In this document: piece after piece, positions 25,501 to 37,618 of the stretch | Layout: the number at the start of each line of letters is the position of its first letter | Position numbering within the stretch: the first letter of the stretch is position 1 | Assembly: GCA_965112735.1 (NCBI GenBank) | Contig: OZ218961.1 | Location: forward strand, 434,001 to 498,000 | From: Phaeosaccion multiseriatum | Lineage: Eukaryota; Protista; Ochrophyta, other classes | Reading direction: 5' to 3' | DNA: 64,000 nt | Translations under genes and position numbers: made by a program | Notes under the pieces: model-generated | What the model was told of the DNA's origin: nothing | Databases searched by the model: none | What the model saw: only the letters and a program-made list of their open reading frames with translations

Positions 25501-27505
25501 ATGCAGCATCCGTATTTTCCGATAGCGACAGCCCCTGCAGCGGTATATGGGGCAGCAGCAGCTTCCCGACCAGGGGCTCGGTCTGCCTCTAAGAAAAGGA
25601 AGCTAACCACCGGTGGCGAGGCCATGTCTGTCCCTCTTCATTCGAGGAAGAAGGGAGACCGCTTGTGGAAATCACTTGCCCGCTCGCTCTCTGGAGAGAC
25701 TGGAACAGCAGCAGGTAGGGGACGTGTACGGGAGAAGGGCGAGGATGGAAAGATAACGCTGTGTGTATGCTTTTCTCGCGCGCTCTGCTCTTGTAAGTAT
25801 AGACTAACCCGTGACCCGTTTCCTTTTTTTCTTCCAGGGCAGCTTCAGCTCATGGACTGCGAAAACATGGAATACTATGGACAGATCGCCTTGGGCACAC
25901 CCCCGGTACGTTTGCGACAAGATGCATGCGTGCATTTCTCTTCCTTCCTCTCTTTTCTCTCTGTCTTCCGCAAACCTTCGTCTCCCTCTCTCACTCTTCG
26001 CTCTGTTGCCATCCTCACTCCCCACACAGGTTTCCTTCAACGTGCTGTTCGACACGGGGAGTGCAGACCTGTGGGTCCCCTCCGTTTCCTGCACCGACGG
26101 TTGTGACGCAGGTCAGAAACTCTACGATTCCTCCGCCACGTCCACCTACGAGCCCGTCGGTACCCCTTTTGCAGCTGAGTACCAAGATGGCACCACCGCC
26201 AGAGGCTTTCTGTCCATCGACGTGTTGGAGTGGGGCGGGGTCGCGGCGCCCGTCACGTTCGGGGAGCTGGCCTCTCTGACCCTGGTGGGCGGTTGTGGGG
26301 GTGTGGATGGTGTGATGGGACTGGGCTTCACGGAGCTGTCTACCACCCAAACCATGCCGCCCTTCGGCGAGCTGGTGGAGCAAGGGGTGGTGCCTTCCGG
26401 GGTCTTTGGGGTGTACCTTGGGGACATTGACGTCGACGAGGCAGCAGGAGCAGCAGCAGCTTTAGACGGGGCGGTCATGAAAGGAGAGCTGACGCTGGGA
26501 GCGGTGGACCAGAGCAGGTACGAGGGGTGTCTCCATTGGTGTGACGTGCCGCTCTTCACCAGCTTCGGTCTAGGGTATTGGTCGGTGGTGATTGACTCGC
26601 TGCGCGTGGGGGGAGGCAATGCGCCCGTGACGACGGGACCGAGTGAGGCAATGGTGGACACAGGTACCAGCATGCTCATAGGACCGTATGCTGCCATCGG
26701 AAAGGTGGCCGACCAGCTGGGACAAGTCTTGTGCTTTATGGTGGAGGAAGGGGTGTACGGCCGCTCAAGCTCAGCCGTAGAGAAAACTGTGGACTGTGGG
26801 GAGGCTGGAGCGATCCTCGCTGTGGAATGCTCTCAACCCCTGGGCACCATCGAAATGGAAGTCGGAGGAATGATGCTTTCGCTGTCGGGGAGCGATTTGT
26901 TCATACCATTGGACGACTTTTTAACCACTGACAGCGAGTCGGAAGGAACCGATGCCTTGTGTATTGTTGCCATGCAGGGGCAGGAAGGCGACGCCTGGAT
27001 ACTCGGGGACACGTTCTTGAGACAGTACTACACGGCCTTTGACTACTCCAATAGGAAGATTGGCTTCGCTGAGTCGGTAGAGAGTGGAGAGAGGCAGTCC
27101 GATCTGTGTGAGGCTGACTTGAGTATTTCGATCCACCACGAGACGCCCAAGGGAGGGAGGGACGGAGGCGGAAGGGCAGGCGACAATGGCGCTGCAGCAG
27201 GGACCACGGCACCATCGCCAGAGCGGGGAGGAGGCGGAGGGGGCCGGGGTAGCGCTGGTTCACCACCTCCTCCCACTGAGACGCCTCAGACTACGACATC
27301 GACCAGCCCTGTGGTGCCGACAAGTAGTAATGTCATGTCTAACGGTACAGCGGCTTGTCTAGGGGCGGCGGGGGCCAGCCTCGCCATCCTGCTTGTGGTG
27401 CTGCTCGTGAGGGAGTTTAAGCGCTTTGGTGGGCCTGGGGCCTCCTCCCGCCTCGGACACAGCCGCTTGCAGCAAGATCAAGAGCACGAGCATGAGCACG
27501 AGTAG
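25501..27505 (+). CDS. Pepsin/cathepsin D-like aspartic protease (A1) with C-terminal transmembrane anchor
   Basis: Exons 25501-25714, 25838-25905 and 26030-27505. Motifs: EYYGQIALGTPP, FDTGSADLWV, DGVMGLGF, VDTGTS, WILGDTFLRQYYTAFD. TM segment ACLGAAGASLAILLVVLLV. The start is uncertain. Confidence 0.9.
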
Positions 27506-27881
27506 CACGGGGGTGTGGTAGATTGTCCTGCCTGAGGGTTTCCGGTCACACATTCTGGGGTATAATAAGAATGTCGGTTTCCTAGGCACGCCCCGAGGGG
27601 GTTCAACGGCTCTAGCGTTTCACCCTCCTCTTTGTGGGCACAAGCTTTGCATCAGCAAGTAGTAGAGATATATTATCAATACGGACACTGACGCCCCACC
27701 ATAGGCGCAGCATATACTTAGTCCAAACCCCGCAACGTTTCTACTATCTTAGCTTAGCACAGGGGCCATTAGAGAGAGGCGTTGCTTTCGCACATGCCTC
27801 TGCTTTTGGTCACTCTGACACACCCTTCTGTGCTGCACGTGTTAAAGACAAAGTCAAAATAGTAAAAATTAATTCTTCTTC

Positions 27882-30800
27882 TCAGGCATTCGCCCTGTGG
27901 TGATAGCACAGGCCATCTTTTCGGGCCAAGCTGCCACAGCCTTCTATGCTGCACTTCTTCCTTGCCCCGTGCTTGCCGCACAGGCCTCCTGTTCGGGCGT
28001 CTCTGCCACAGCCTTCTATGCTGCACTCATCCGTTCCCCCGTGCTGGCGGCACAGGCCTCTTTTTCGGGCGTCTCTGCCACAGCCTTCTATGCTGCACTT
28101 CTTCCTTGCCCCGTGCTTGCCGCACAGGCCTCCTGTTCGGGCGTCTCTGCCACAGCCTTCTATGCTGCACTCCTTCCTTTCCCCGTGGTGATAGCACAGG
28201 CCTCCTTGTGCGGCCACTCTGCCACAGCCTTCTCTGCTGCACTTCTTCTTTCCCCCGTGCTTGCCGCACAGGCCTCCAACTCTGGCAACGTTGGCACAGC
28301 CTTCTATACTGCACTTCTTCTTTCCCCCGTGCTTGCCGCACAGGCCTCCAACTATGGCAACGTTGGCACAGCCTTCTATGCTGCACTCCTTCCTTTCCCC
28401 GTGGTGATAGCACAGGCCTCCTTGTGCGGCCACTCTGCCACAGCCTTCTCTGCTGCACTTCTTCCTTGCCCCGTGCTTGCCGCACAGGCCTCCAACTCTG
28501 GCAACGTTGGCACAGCCTTCTATACTGCACTTCTTCCTTTCCCCGTGGTGACAGCACAGGCCTCCTTGTCGGGCCAATCTGCCACAGCCTTCTCTGCTGC
28601 ACTTCTTCCTTGTATGTACCTTCGGCTTCGCCGCGGGTGATGCCTCGCTGCTGGCGCCCTCCTCTCGGCTGCTGCTGCCGCCGCCGGCGGGTGGTGGTGG
28701 CTTCAAGTTGCTGCCGAGTCTAGGCTTCTTTTTGGCGGGGCTGCGTGGTGGTGGCGGGGACGTGGACGGTGATCGCGCCCTCTTTCTCCCTTCTGGTCCA
28801 GCTGGTGCTGGTGCTGGTGCTGGTGCTGGTGCTGCTGCCTGCTCCTGCGGCCTTCCCTTGGCACGCAATCGGCCCGCCAAGCCACCGTGGTGACTCGCTC
28901 CTCCTCCTCCTCCTCCTCCTCCTCCTCCTCCTCCTCCTCCCCCGTCTGTGTCGCCCTCCTGCTGCTGCTCCTGCTGCTGCTCGACGACTTGGATGTGCGT
29001 GCGTGCGTGCGTACATACCATGCATGCATTCATGCGAGGAGAGGGAAGAGAGCAGAGTGTGGTAGCGGCAGCGGTGAGGTGAGGTGTATCGGCTGCAGCA
29101 GGCCAAGTGTTGCCGACAAACAACAGAACCATCGAGTATTCACTTGATTTGGCAAATCACAATGTGTGTGTGTGTGCGCGCGTATCTTCACTCACGACCA
29201 CTTACTCGCCTACTCACTCACCCGCTCGTACCCCCCCGCGCCCCGCTGGCCCTGCCGTCCCCGCTGGCAATCCTCCTCCCCCAGCTCCACCGCCCAGTAT
29301 GGATGAAGACAGTTCCCTCCGGTCCGTGTCGCCCCCCTGCTGCTGCTCGACGACTTGGATGTGCGTGCGTGCGTGCGTACATACCATGCATGCATTCATG
29401 CGAGGAGAGGGAAGAGAGCAGAGTGTGGTAGCGGCAGCGGTGAGGTGAGGTGTATCGGCTGCAGCAGGCCAAGTGTTGCCGACAAACAACAGAACCATCG
29501 AGTATTCACTTGATTTGGCAAATCACAATGTGTGTGTGTGTGCGCGCGTATCTTCACTCACGACCACTTACTCGCCTACTCACTCACCCGCTCGTACCCC
29601 CCCGCGCCCCGCTGGCCCTGCCGTCCCCGCTGGCAATCCTCCTCCCCCAGCTCCACCGCCCAGTATGGATGAAGACAGTTCCCTCCGGTCCGTGTCGCCC
29701 CCCTGCTGCTGCTCGACGACTTGGATGTGCGTGCGTGCGTGCGTACATACCATGCATGCATTCATGCGAGGAGAGGGAAGAGAGCAGAGTGTGGTAGCGG
29801 CAGCGGTGAGGTGAGGTGTATCGGCTGCAGCAGGCCAAGTGTTGCCGACAAACAACAGAACCATCGAGTATTCACTTGATTTGGCAAATCACAATGTGTG
29901 TGTGTGTGCGCGCGTATCTTCACTCACGACCACTTACTCGCCTACTCACTCACCCGCTCGTACCCCCCCGCGCCCCGCTGGCCCTGCCGTCCCCGCTGGC
30001 AATCCTCCTCCCCCAGCTCCACCGCCCAGTATGGATGAAGACAGTTCCCTCCGGTCCGTGTCGCCCCCCTGCTGCTGCTCGACGACTTGGATGTGCGTGC
30101 GTGCGTGCGTACATACCATGCATGCATTCATGCGAGGAGAGGGAAGAGAGCAGAGTGTGGTAGCGGCAGCGGTGAGGTGAGGTGTAACGGCTGCAGCAGG
30201 CCAAGTGTTGCCGACAAACAACAGAACCATCGAGTATTCACTTGATTTGGCAAATCACAATGTGTGTGTGTGTGCGCGCGTATCTTCACTCACGACCACT
30301 TACTCGCCTACTCACCCACTCACTCGCCTACTCACTCGCGCACCCACTCACCGACATGTACCCCGCGTTGCACAGATTCCCTCTTGCGCGTCTTCTTGAC
30401 TAGATCGTATGCGACGTGGAGGCGGGAGGATTCTCTATTCACAGCATCGCAAGAGGGGGGGGCAGACGAGGGTGCGAGCCCCCCAACAGCTGCCCCTGCG
30501 CTGCCCGTCCGCTTCTTCCTGCTGCTACTACTACCGGCAGCGGCGGGGGTGGACTGCTGCTGCCGCTGTTCCTGCTGGAGCTGCTCCAGCTGCCGCTGGT
30601 GCCGCTGCTGCAGCTCCCGCTTGTGCCGCTGCAGCTCCCGCTGGTGCCGCTGCAGCTGCCCCCGCTCTTCCTGCTGCTGTAGCATCAACTGGTGCTGCTC
30701 CTCCCGGTGCCGCTGCTGGTGCTGCTCCTGCCGCGCTGTCTCAGCCTTGAGCAAATCCGCGTCTTCGCGGCGGCATTTCGCCAGCAGCGATTCCAGCTCT

Positions 30801-33222
30801 TCTTCCTGTGTCATGCCCATCACCTCATCAATGTACTGCCGCCTCTTGGCGGCGTCGTTCGTCCTCTTGATGCTAAAGGGTGCGGTGTCGAATATCGCTG
30901 TTGGAGACACACACGGGAAGCAAGAGGCAGCCAGAAGAAGCAAAAGCAAACGAATGAGAAAGGAGGCAAACAGTCATGAAGATGGTGCAAAAGCAGGTGT
31001 GTTCCCCTACAGCCTCATTCATCGCTTTACCCTCCCCCGGCACGTTGAGGTGGTAGCATCACACACACCCCATGTCCCCGATACCTTGAGGTGGCACACA
31101 TGGGGTCTGCCCCTGCTCTTTGTATCTTTGCATCTTTGCATATAGGTTACAGAGGCACATACCGTTCTCCATCATTCTGTCTTGCCGCGGTGTAACCCTC
31201 TCCCGAGCCTCAGCGTGTGAGATGTGCCAGTCCTCCATTTCCCTTTGAACTAAGGCTTCGTCCTGCATACACCATGGCATACCTTGCAAAAGTAGGAAAG
31301 GAATACAGAAAGGCAGGACAGGACGAGGTAAAGTCAGTAAGACAGTAAGCCAGTAAGCCTCACTACCCCACTACCTCACTGCCCCCCTGCCTCACTACCT
31401 CACTACCTCTACAATCAGACAGTCAGGCAGTCAGACGCACCCACCTGGCTGCCCCTTGGAGCTGGGTCTCATGCCACCCCCCATCCTCAGACCCAGCCCG
31501 TGCTTGCACTCCCCCGTCACCATGCCCCCGTCGAAGCGTGAGTATTGACCTTTGAAGTATTCTCCCGTCACCATATTTACCAAGAGGATGACAGCGCAAT
31601 ACACGAAACTATCCGCCCTCAGAAAACACCAGTGGCCGCTCTTTGTTTTGTAGGTCAGCTGAACAAGGGGTACTGCTCGTTCCCAGTTGTTCCAGATCCC
31701 GGGAAGCATAAGGCCCACAACATGCTTGTGATGTGTGCACCTGTCATCCCCCTCAGCAACTGCGCCTACCAGTGCGTCGTTCAGCCTGAGGATCATGGTA
31801 GCACGGACTTCGGTAAAGCCATGTTTGGCCTGCTCCGCTCTCTCCGTCCCATCGACTATCCCGCATACAGAGCCGTCCAGCAAGCCGTCCGTGAGCCCCG
31901 CATAGGCGACGGTACCATTCGGTACCCCCAAGTCGTGCACTGGCCCCATACGTTGATTGTTCTGCACAAAATTGATAGCGAGGGCCTTCACCCTCTTCCC
32001 TGGTGGTGCTCCTTGCTCGAAAATGGGCATATGCTCCCCCACCCCGGCCTCATGCTTGTCCCATAGCTCCCGCTGGAACTCCTCCTTCGAATAGACGTCG
32101 AAAGCACCACGAAGCCTCCCTGCGTCATTCCGGTGGAAGTACTTCCCATTCCGAATCACCTCTGCTACAAAATCAGGGGGGCAGTTCGCAAACCTCATGC
32201 CCCCCACTCTGCTGGGGACGGGCCCCTCTTTCTCCTTGTCAGGCAGTTGTCGCTTCTCAGGGTCAGGAATCGGCCAGTCTTCATACTGCCTGGCTGCATC
32301 AGCGACTGCACGGCGGATACGCATCTCTCGCATAAGACCGGTTCCGTCTGAACCAGTCTCCCTCACAACGTTGGGCCCTTGCAGTCCCTGTCGTACCTGC
32401 GCAACAAAGAGAGGGATGGGTGAGAGAAAGACTCTCTACCGCGGTCGTAAACAAGCGACCAAAGCCCACCCGCCCCCCCCTGTGCTGGGGCCATCATGGC
32501 CCTTCTTTTCTCCCTTAGTAAAATAGATAGAGAAAGGAAAAGTGAAAAAAAAAAGAGGAAATTGAAATTGAACAAATGCTTGCTTTGTGGATATCCTTTG
32601 TGAACACCTACCTCCGGCGAGCGGGACGACGAGGGGGCTTCGTGGATGGGGGGGGCGTGACCTAGCTCACGCTCGTGTGCTCCGACTGCGCGCGAGGAGG
32701 CGAGGCGGGCCCCCTCGTCGGGCGGATGACAAGGGGGGGGGGGTGTCCGGCTGGGGCACGCGAGAGGGTAAGGAGACGGGGTTGGAGGCAAGAGGGGTGC
32801 ACGAGGGGCAGGAAGGGAGATAAGAGACTGCAGCAGGCTATCAACCTTCTTCCTTCGCGAGCAGTTGATCAGGCTGCCCCCCCCCCCCGCCATGATTTTT
32901 GTTCGTCCTCCCTGCCGGCCCGCTTGACTCTCAAACCTCTCGCTCACCTCTCTTCGTCGGAGCGATGCTGCTCATCTGCGTTGTGATGACCTTCTAGCTC
33001 CGCCCAGGCCCGCCTGGTTGCCGGGGCTTCTGCGACTTGGTCTAACACTTGGCCCATCAGTCCATTGAGGTCAAACACGTTCGCGTCGAGCTCCTCTTCA
33101 CACAAGGCGTTGAGCTCGGCAGGTGAGAGGGCCAGGGAGCCGTCCCCACCGGGGCAAGATTCACACTCCTCATCATGATGGCTCCCCGCAGGAGGATGAG
33201 AGGAGGAGTCGCAGTGTGACAT
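27882..33222 (-). CDS. Multi-exon protein: orphan globular domain + Q-rich coiled coil + repeated Gly-rich exon + C-terminal array of ten WRKY19-like C-x4-C-x9-C-x2-H zinc fingers
   Basis: Last exon 27882-28987. Three 132-nt exons at 29222-29353, 29588-29719 and 29954-30085. Exon 30352 to about 30898. Further exons at about 31162-31283 and about 31445-32396. The probable first exon (about 32948-33222) is not securely connected. Confidence 0.65.
27891..28612 (-). repeat. Coding 72-bp (24-aa) repeat x10 encoding C3H zinc fingers (KKCSxEGC.........C..HG)
   Basis: Ten units counted in the translation of ORF 27882..29132. Confidence 0.93.
28975..30320. repeat. 366-bp near-perfect tandem repeat (about 3.7 copies); each unit is one intron + one exon
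   Basis: Identical ORFs recur at 366-bp offsets (29084/29450/29816). I noticed only one small difference, near 30187. Confidence 0.95.
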
Positions 33223-33859
33223 GGTGCACCACAAGGGCCTGACTGCGGGCCGAGCGAAAGGGGACAGGATGCATGGAGTCGAGAGCGAAGCAAGGGGATT
33301 GAGGGTGGGGAAGCAAAGGGCGGAGTGGAGAAAACTTTTGGATAGAGGGGGCGAAGAGAAGGCCAGCTAACACGATGAGGGGAGAGAGGGGAGGGTGCTC
33401 GTGTCTGTCTCGTTCTTCCGCGGAAGATCCGCAGTCTCGTTCTAGTCTCGAAGATTTGACTCTCAGAACACTCTCTCACCTCTCTTGCGTCGTTACAGGT
33501 GAGGGCGGGTAGCGATGTGCTCCTCAGTCCACCCAAACAGCAGCTGCGATACAGCGCTGGCTGAGCGACCTAACGCCACGAGTAGACTAGCCACGAGCCA
33601 CGAACGCTGACCTCAAGCGCGACCCGCCCTGCAAGCCCCTCGCAGCCGGGGCTAAGACGAATGCGCGGCCCGGGGGCACTCGCTGCTGCCGCTGCTGATG
33701 CTCTTCTACCCGCCGTGCTGCTGGCTCCCAGGCTTCCTATTATTATTTTCTAAACCTCCCCAAAAAAAATGGCTCGCGGCCGGGATTGGAGGCAGGGCTC
33801 AACATTACTATTACGTAAGGCATTACTTCATGTATAACAAAAACGAAGGAGACGGAGAG

Positions 33860-34817
33860 CCATCAGCACAAGGCCTCCACCTCCAAGCCTCCCGCCCCCA
33901 TACACAACCTCTACACCGCAGTCGTGGGTTACAATGTCTACACCATCAATCACGGACGGCCCTCTTCGCCTCATCGTGTTGCTTCACGCGGATAGCCTGG
34001 AGGTAAGGATCCGTGGGGTGGGGATGAGTGGAGCGCAGCTCATCCTCACCAACCTCTCTCCCTCTGCTCTTGCACCCACCTCACCTTCTCCCCCCCCTCC
34101 TCCTCTCTATTGCTGCGCTCTCCTCAGGCGTGGTGGGGTCTATGAAGGGCCTGCGCTTCACCCTCATAGCCTCCTTGCTGCTGCAGATGGTGACTCTGGG
34201 GGGCCTCATGCTCACTGACACGGTGTTCGGTGAACTCGAAGATGCGCGAGGGCAGAAGAGGCTCCAGGCCACGGTGTACATCACTGCGTGGCAGGCGCTG
34301 GCGGTTAGAGGTGGGCAAGGAGCCAGGCTACTCCAAAGTGTCCAAAGCGCGAGCAAGCTCCAAAATTACGCTCATGACGTTGCACGACTTGAAGCTACGC
34401 TTGGAAGGAGGAGGAGAAGGCGCGACAGCAGGAAGCATTGAGGAGTACAAGCCAGACGTGAAGATCACCTCCTTCTCCAGTGGCTACGGCGGCAACTCCA
34501 AGAGGCTGCGTGAGTTGGCATCGGCAGAAGATAGGGCACGCGCGGCGGGGTATGGGCCGGCAAGCCTCACCCAAGAGCCCGACCATACCCCCCCGGCGGC
34601 ACCGACCACGAAGGCGAACAAGAAGAACCCTGCGGCAAGACGACCGGCGGCGGCGACAGCCACACACACCAAGGGCAAGGCCGCGCCCAAGAAGAAGGCC
34701 TCGCCTCGTGTCAAGAAGCGAAGAGCAGCAGGGGAGGACGGAGGAGGCGAGACGAACAAGCCCCTCGGGAAGAAGCGCAGAGCCAGAATCATCGTCATCG
34801 ACGATGATTCCGAGTAG
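33860..34817 (+). pseudogene. Frameshifted coding remnant, possibly staphylococcal-nuclease (SNase)-like, with a basic C-terminal tail
   Basis: Fragments in three frames: YTAVVGYNVYTI / LRLIVLLHADSLE / GLRFTLIASLLLQMVTL..EDARGQKRLQATVYI / LRELASAEDRARAAGYG. One GT-AG intron at about 34003-34127. Confidence 0.3.
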
Positions 34818-36524
34818 TCCATGTCGAGATGGTCGATAATATGTCGAGATGGTCGATAATGTCGACATGTCGATGTGTCGATATATGCCTGCTCGGCGCC
34901 GAGCTGGGGAATGTTCTTAATCTTCGGGGGTTGAGGGGAGATAAAGTGCAGAGCTTTGCGAGACGGGGAGGTGATCGATCCAGGGGGGGCGGAGGGAGGA
35001 GGGAAGGGCATGTCTTGTACAAAGGGGGGGCGACACAGCCACAAGGGGAAGGTAGCGCTTGGAGTCTCAGCAGCAGCAACAGCAGCAGCAACAGCAGCAG
35101 CAACAGCATCCAGAGAGCCAGATTCTGCCCATCAAGGGAAGGCAGGAAGAGAAGAGAAGAGAAGGGAAGGGAAGGGAGGGCTGGAGACGGGAGGGGAGGG
35201 AGGCCCAGACATGTCCGGGCCTGTGCCACTTACTGTGGACGGGTTGTGGTTTCATCAGTGCCAGTCAGAGCACGGGGAGAGGGAGAGAGAGAGAGGGGAG
35301 GTGGGGGGGGGGATGCTACTATGGACTATTGGGAGGAGGAGGCAAACACAAGCCCCCCTCTTCGTTGTGATCACCATCAGGGTGTGCAGAATGGTGGCTG
35401 GGGGGAGGAGGACTATGGAGTACCAACTGCTACCCCTCTCCCATACATTGTCTAATGTATTCTTCATTTTCGTAATTACATCCCCAGCAAACCAAAGGCC
35501 TTTGCATCCTCAAAGGAATCTCTGTCCCGGTCAGTCCGCCCATCGCACCCCCACCCTGTGACTCTTGACCGCGACAATCACCATCCGCACCAGGCCCATG
35601 GAAAACGTGCGTAACGCCTAGCGAGCGAGAGAAAGTTGGGAAGAGCCCCAAGAGATTGAATGCCCCACCCCCGCCCAGTCACTCCACCCCCCTCCCGCAA
35701 CTCGTACGCAAGTAGCAGCAGAGCGGCAGAGGCTACACATACCGTATCCCTCTGGCGGTCCCCATCCCCTCTTTGTCCTGTGTTCTCACGCGGAAAAGGC
35801 AAGTCTCCCTCGGAGCAATCAGCAAGCCGAGACCGACACTCCACGCTGCTGTCTGACCACCCACGCCCGCGCGAAGGGCACGTACAAAAGCGGTAGCCGC
35901 CTCTCCCGCAGAGCCCAACGCCGTGTCCCATCAACCCAGCCTGTAGGCATGGTCAATGGGGTGATTCTGTTCCATGTCATGCCACCCGCTCCTGCTAGTG
36001 TTCCTGCTGCTCCTGCTTACTGCCGACTGCTCTCCAGTACACGCACCAAACTACATCTTCACTTGGCTTGGGGCTTCTCCCTCTCTAGGTAGCTTCCATT
36101 CTTGAAGGCTTCCCGCAAACTCAGACCGCCCTCTAACCGTGGGAGGCCCAATCGGTCGTTGATCTCGTTGCACTCTATGGTCAGCCGTTGCTGCCATTCG
36201 TCGGCCTTGTATCCTGCCCAAGCGAAGAAGCCTCCCGACATGACGTACTCCCATGGCCCTGCAGCGCGTTCAGATGGAGGGGGGGGGTATAGATGTACAG
36301 ACGAGAGAGGGAAGAAAGTATGTCAGTCAAGTTTTTGTATGTGGCATCGTTTCGGCTGTGTCGGAGAGAGAAGCGGTGAGAGAGGAACACGACAACAAAC
36401 AAAGCCTCAGATGCAGCGGCAACAGGAGAGTACAAGCGGGAAAGCTTTGTAACGACGTGGGCAGCACCAGAGCAACTAAAGGAGGGTTGGGGCCGAGACG
36501 CCAGTCGAATTGAGGGGGGGCGAA

Positions 36525-36790
36525 GAAAGTGGAGAAAGGGAAGCCAGCAACAAAGGAAAGCAAGCCCCAGAGGTGCTACACGCCAAGGAAGGCAGAAGGT
36601 GTGCTGCAATCGCCTCACTATATTCTCCTCTTCTTCTTTCCCACTCCTCTTCCTCCGGGAGGGAGGGCGGAGAAAGAGGAGAAAGGGAAGCCTGCAACAA
36701 AGGGAAGCAAGCCCCAATTGTACTACATGCCAAGGAAGGCAGAAGGTGCTGCAAATGTCGCCTCGCTATTCTCTTTCCCTCTTCTTTCCC
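36525..36790. repeat. Diverged direct duplication with about 148-bp period
   Basis: GGAGAAAGGGAAGCC.GCAACAAAGG.AAGCAAGCCCC...GCCAAGGAAGGCAGAAGGT occurs at about 36531 and about 36678. Confidence 0.75.
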
Positions 36791-37618
36791 AATACTCCTC
36801 TTCCTCCCCCTCCTCCCTCCCTCTGCACTCACTTCTCCTCAGCAAGATGCCCTCCAGATTGTTCACGTACGCCTTGATCCCCATCCCCATGCAACCCCCC
36901 ATGAAGGCGCTGAACATGGGAGCCATTGCGCTGACCTCTTTCTTATCTAATATGCCCTTTCTCTTGATTCTATGCCCCCCCTCTCTCCCCTGTGAGTTTC
37001 AGGTCTTGGGAATTTTGACCCCTCGGGGATCGACGCGCCTCGAAACACAAAAGCCACTCAGCGTTCAAGCGAGAGTTGTTTTGTACCTGCCGAGGTAAGC
37101 GACGGGACCGGGCATAGAGGAGTTAACGAGAGGGTGAGATCTGGTCTCTCTCCCTCTCCTGTCGCTGTCTTGTCGGGAGAGAGAAAGGCGGCGAGCGGAA
37201 GGCGGGGAATGGGCTTCGATTTTGCGCGCCAACCTCAAGCTGACTTGGAACGAGGGGAAGGAAAGGGACTGTAAAGGGGGAGAGGTCGAGCGAGAGACAG
37301 GAGGGAATGATGGTGACCGCGGGGGTGTCTCTTGCTTCTCTGTGCGCAGATGCTACGACGGGGTCGACAGTAGGGGTGCTTGGGAAAATCAATGAACAAA
37401 TAAAAGGGGCGAAAGACAGGGAGCGGAGGAGAAGGGGACAGGGATTTCCGTCTTCTTGCGTGTATCGTGATGTGCGAGTCGGATTCTCTTCCTCCGCTCC
37501 CCCTTCCCCAAAAAGTTACCACCCCCCTTTGTAACCGCGTATTCTTTGCTTCTCGGCTCTGCTCCGCTCCCGTTTCTCCGTGCCAGCTTAGTGCCCTTAC
37601 AACGAACCTTAGGAAGAC

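Noticed and set aside
28988-30351. Four identical introns as Introner elements
   Set aside because: The flanking exon is duplicated with them in a 366-bp tandem unit, so this is local duplication rather than transposition.
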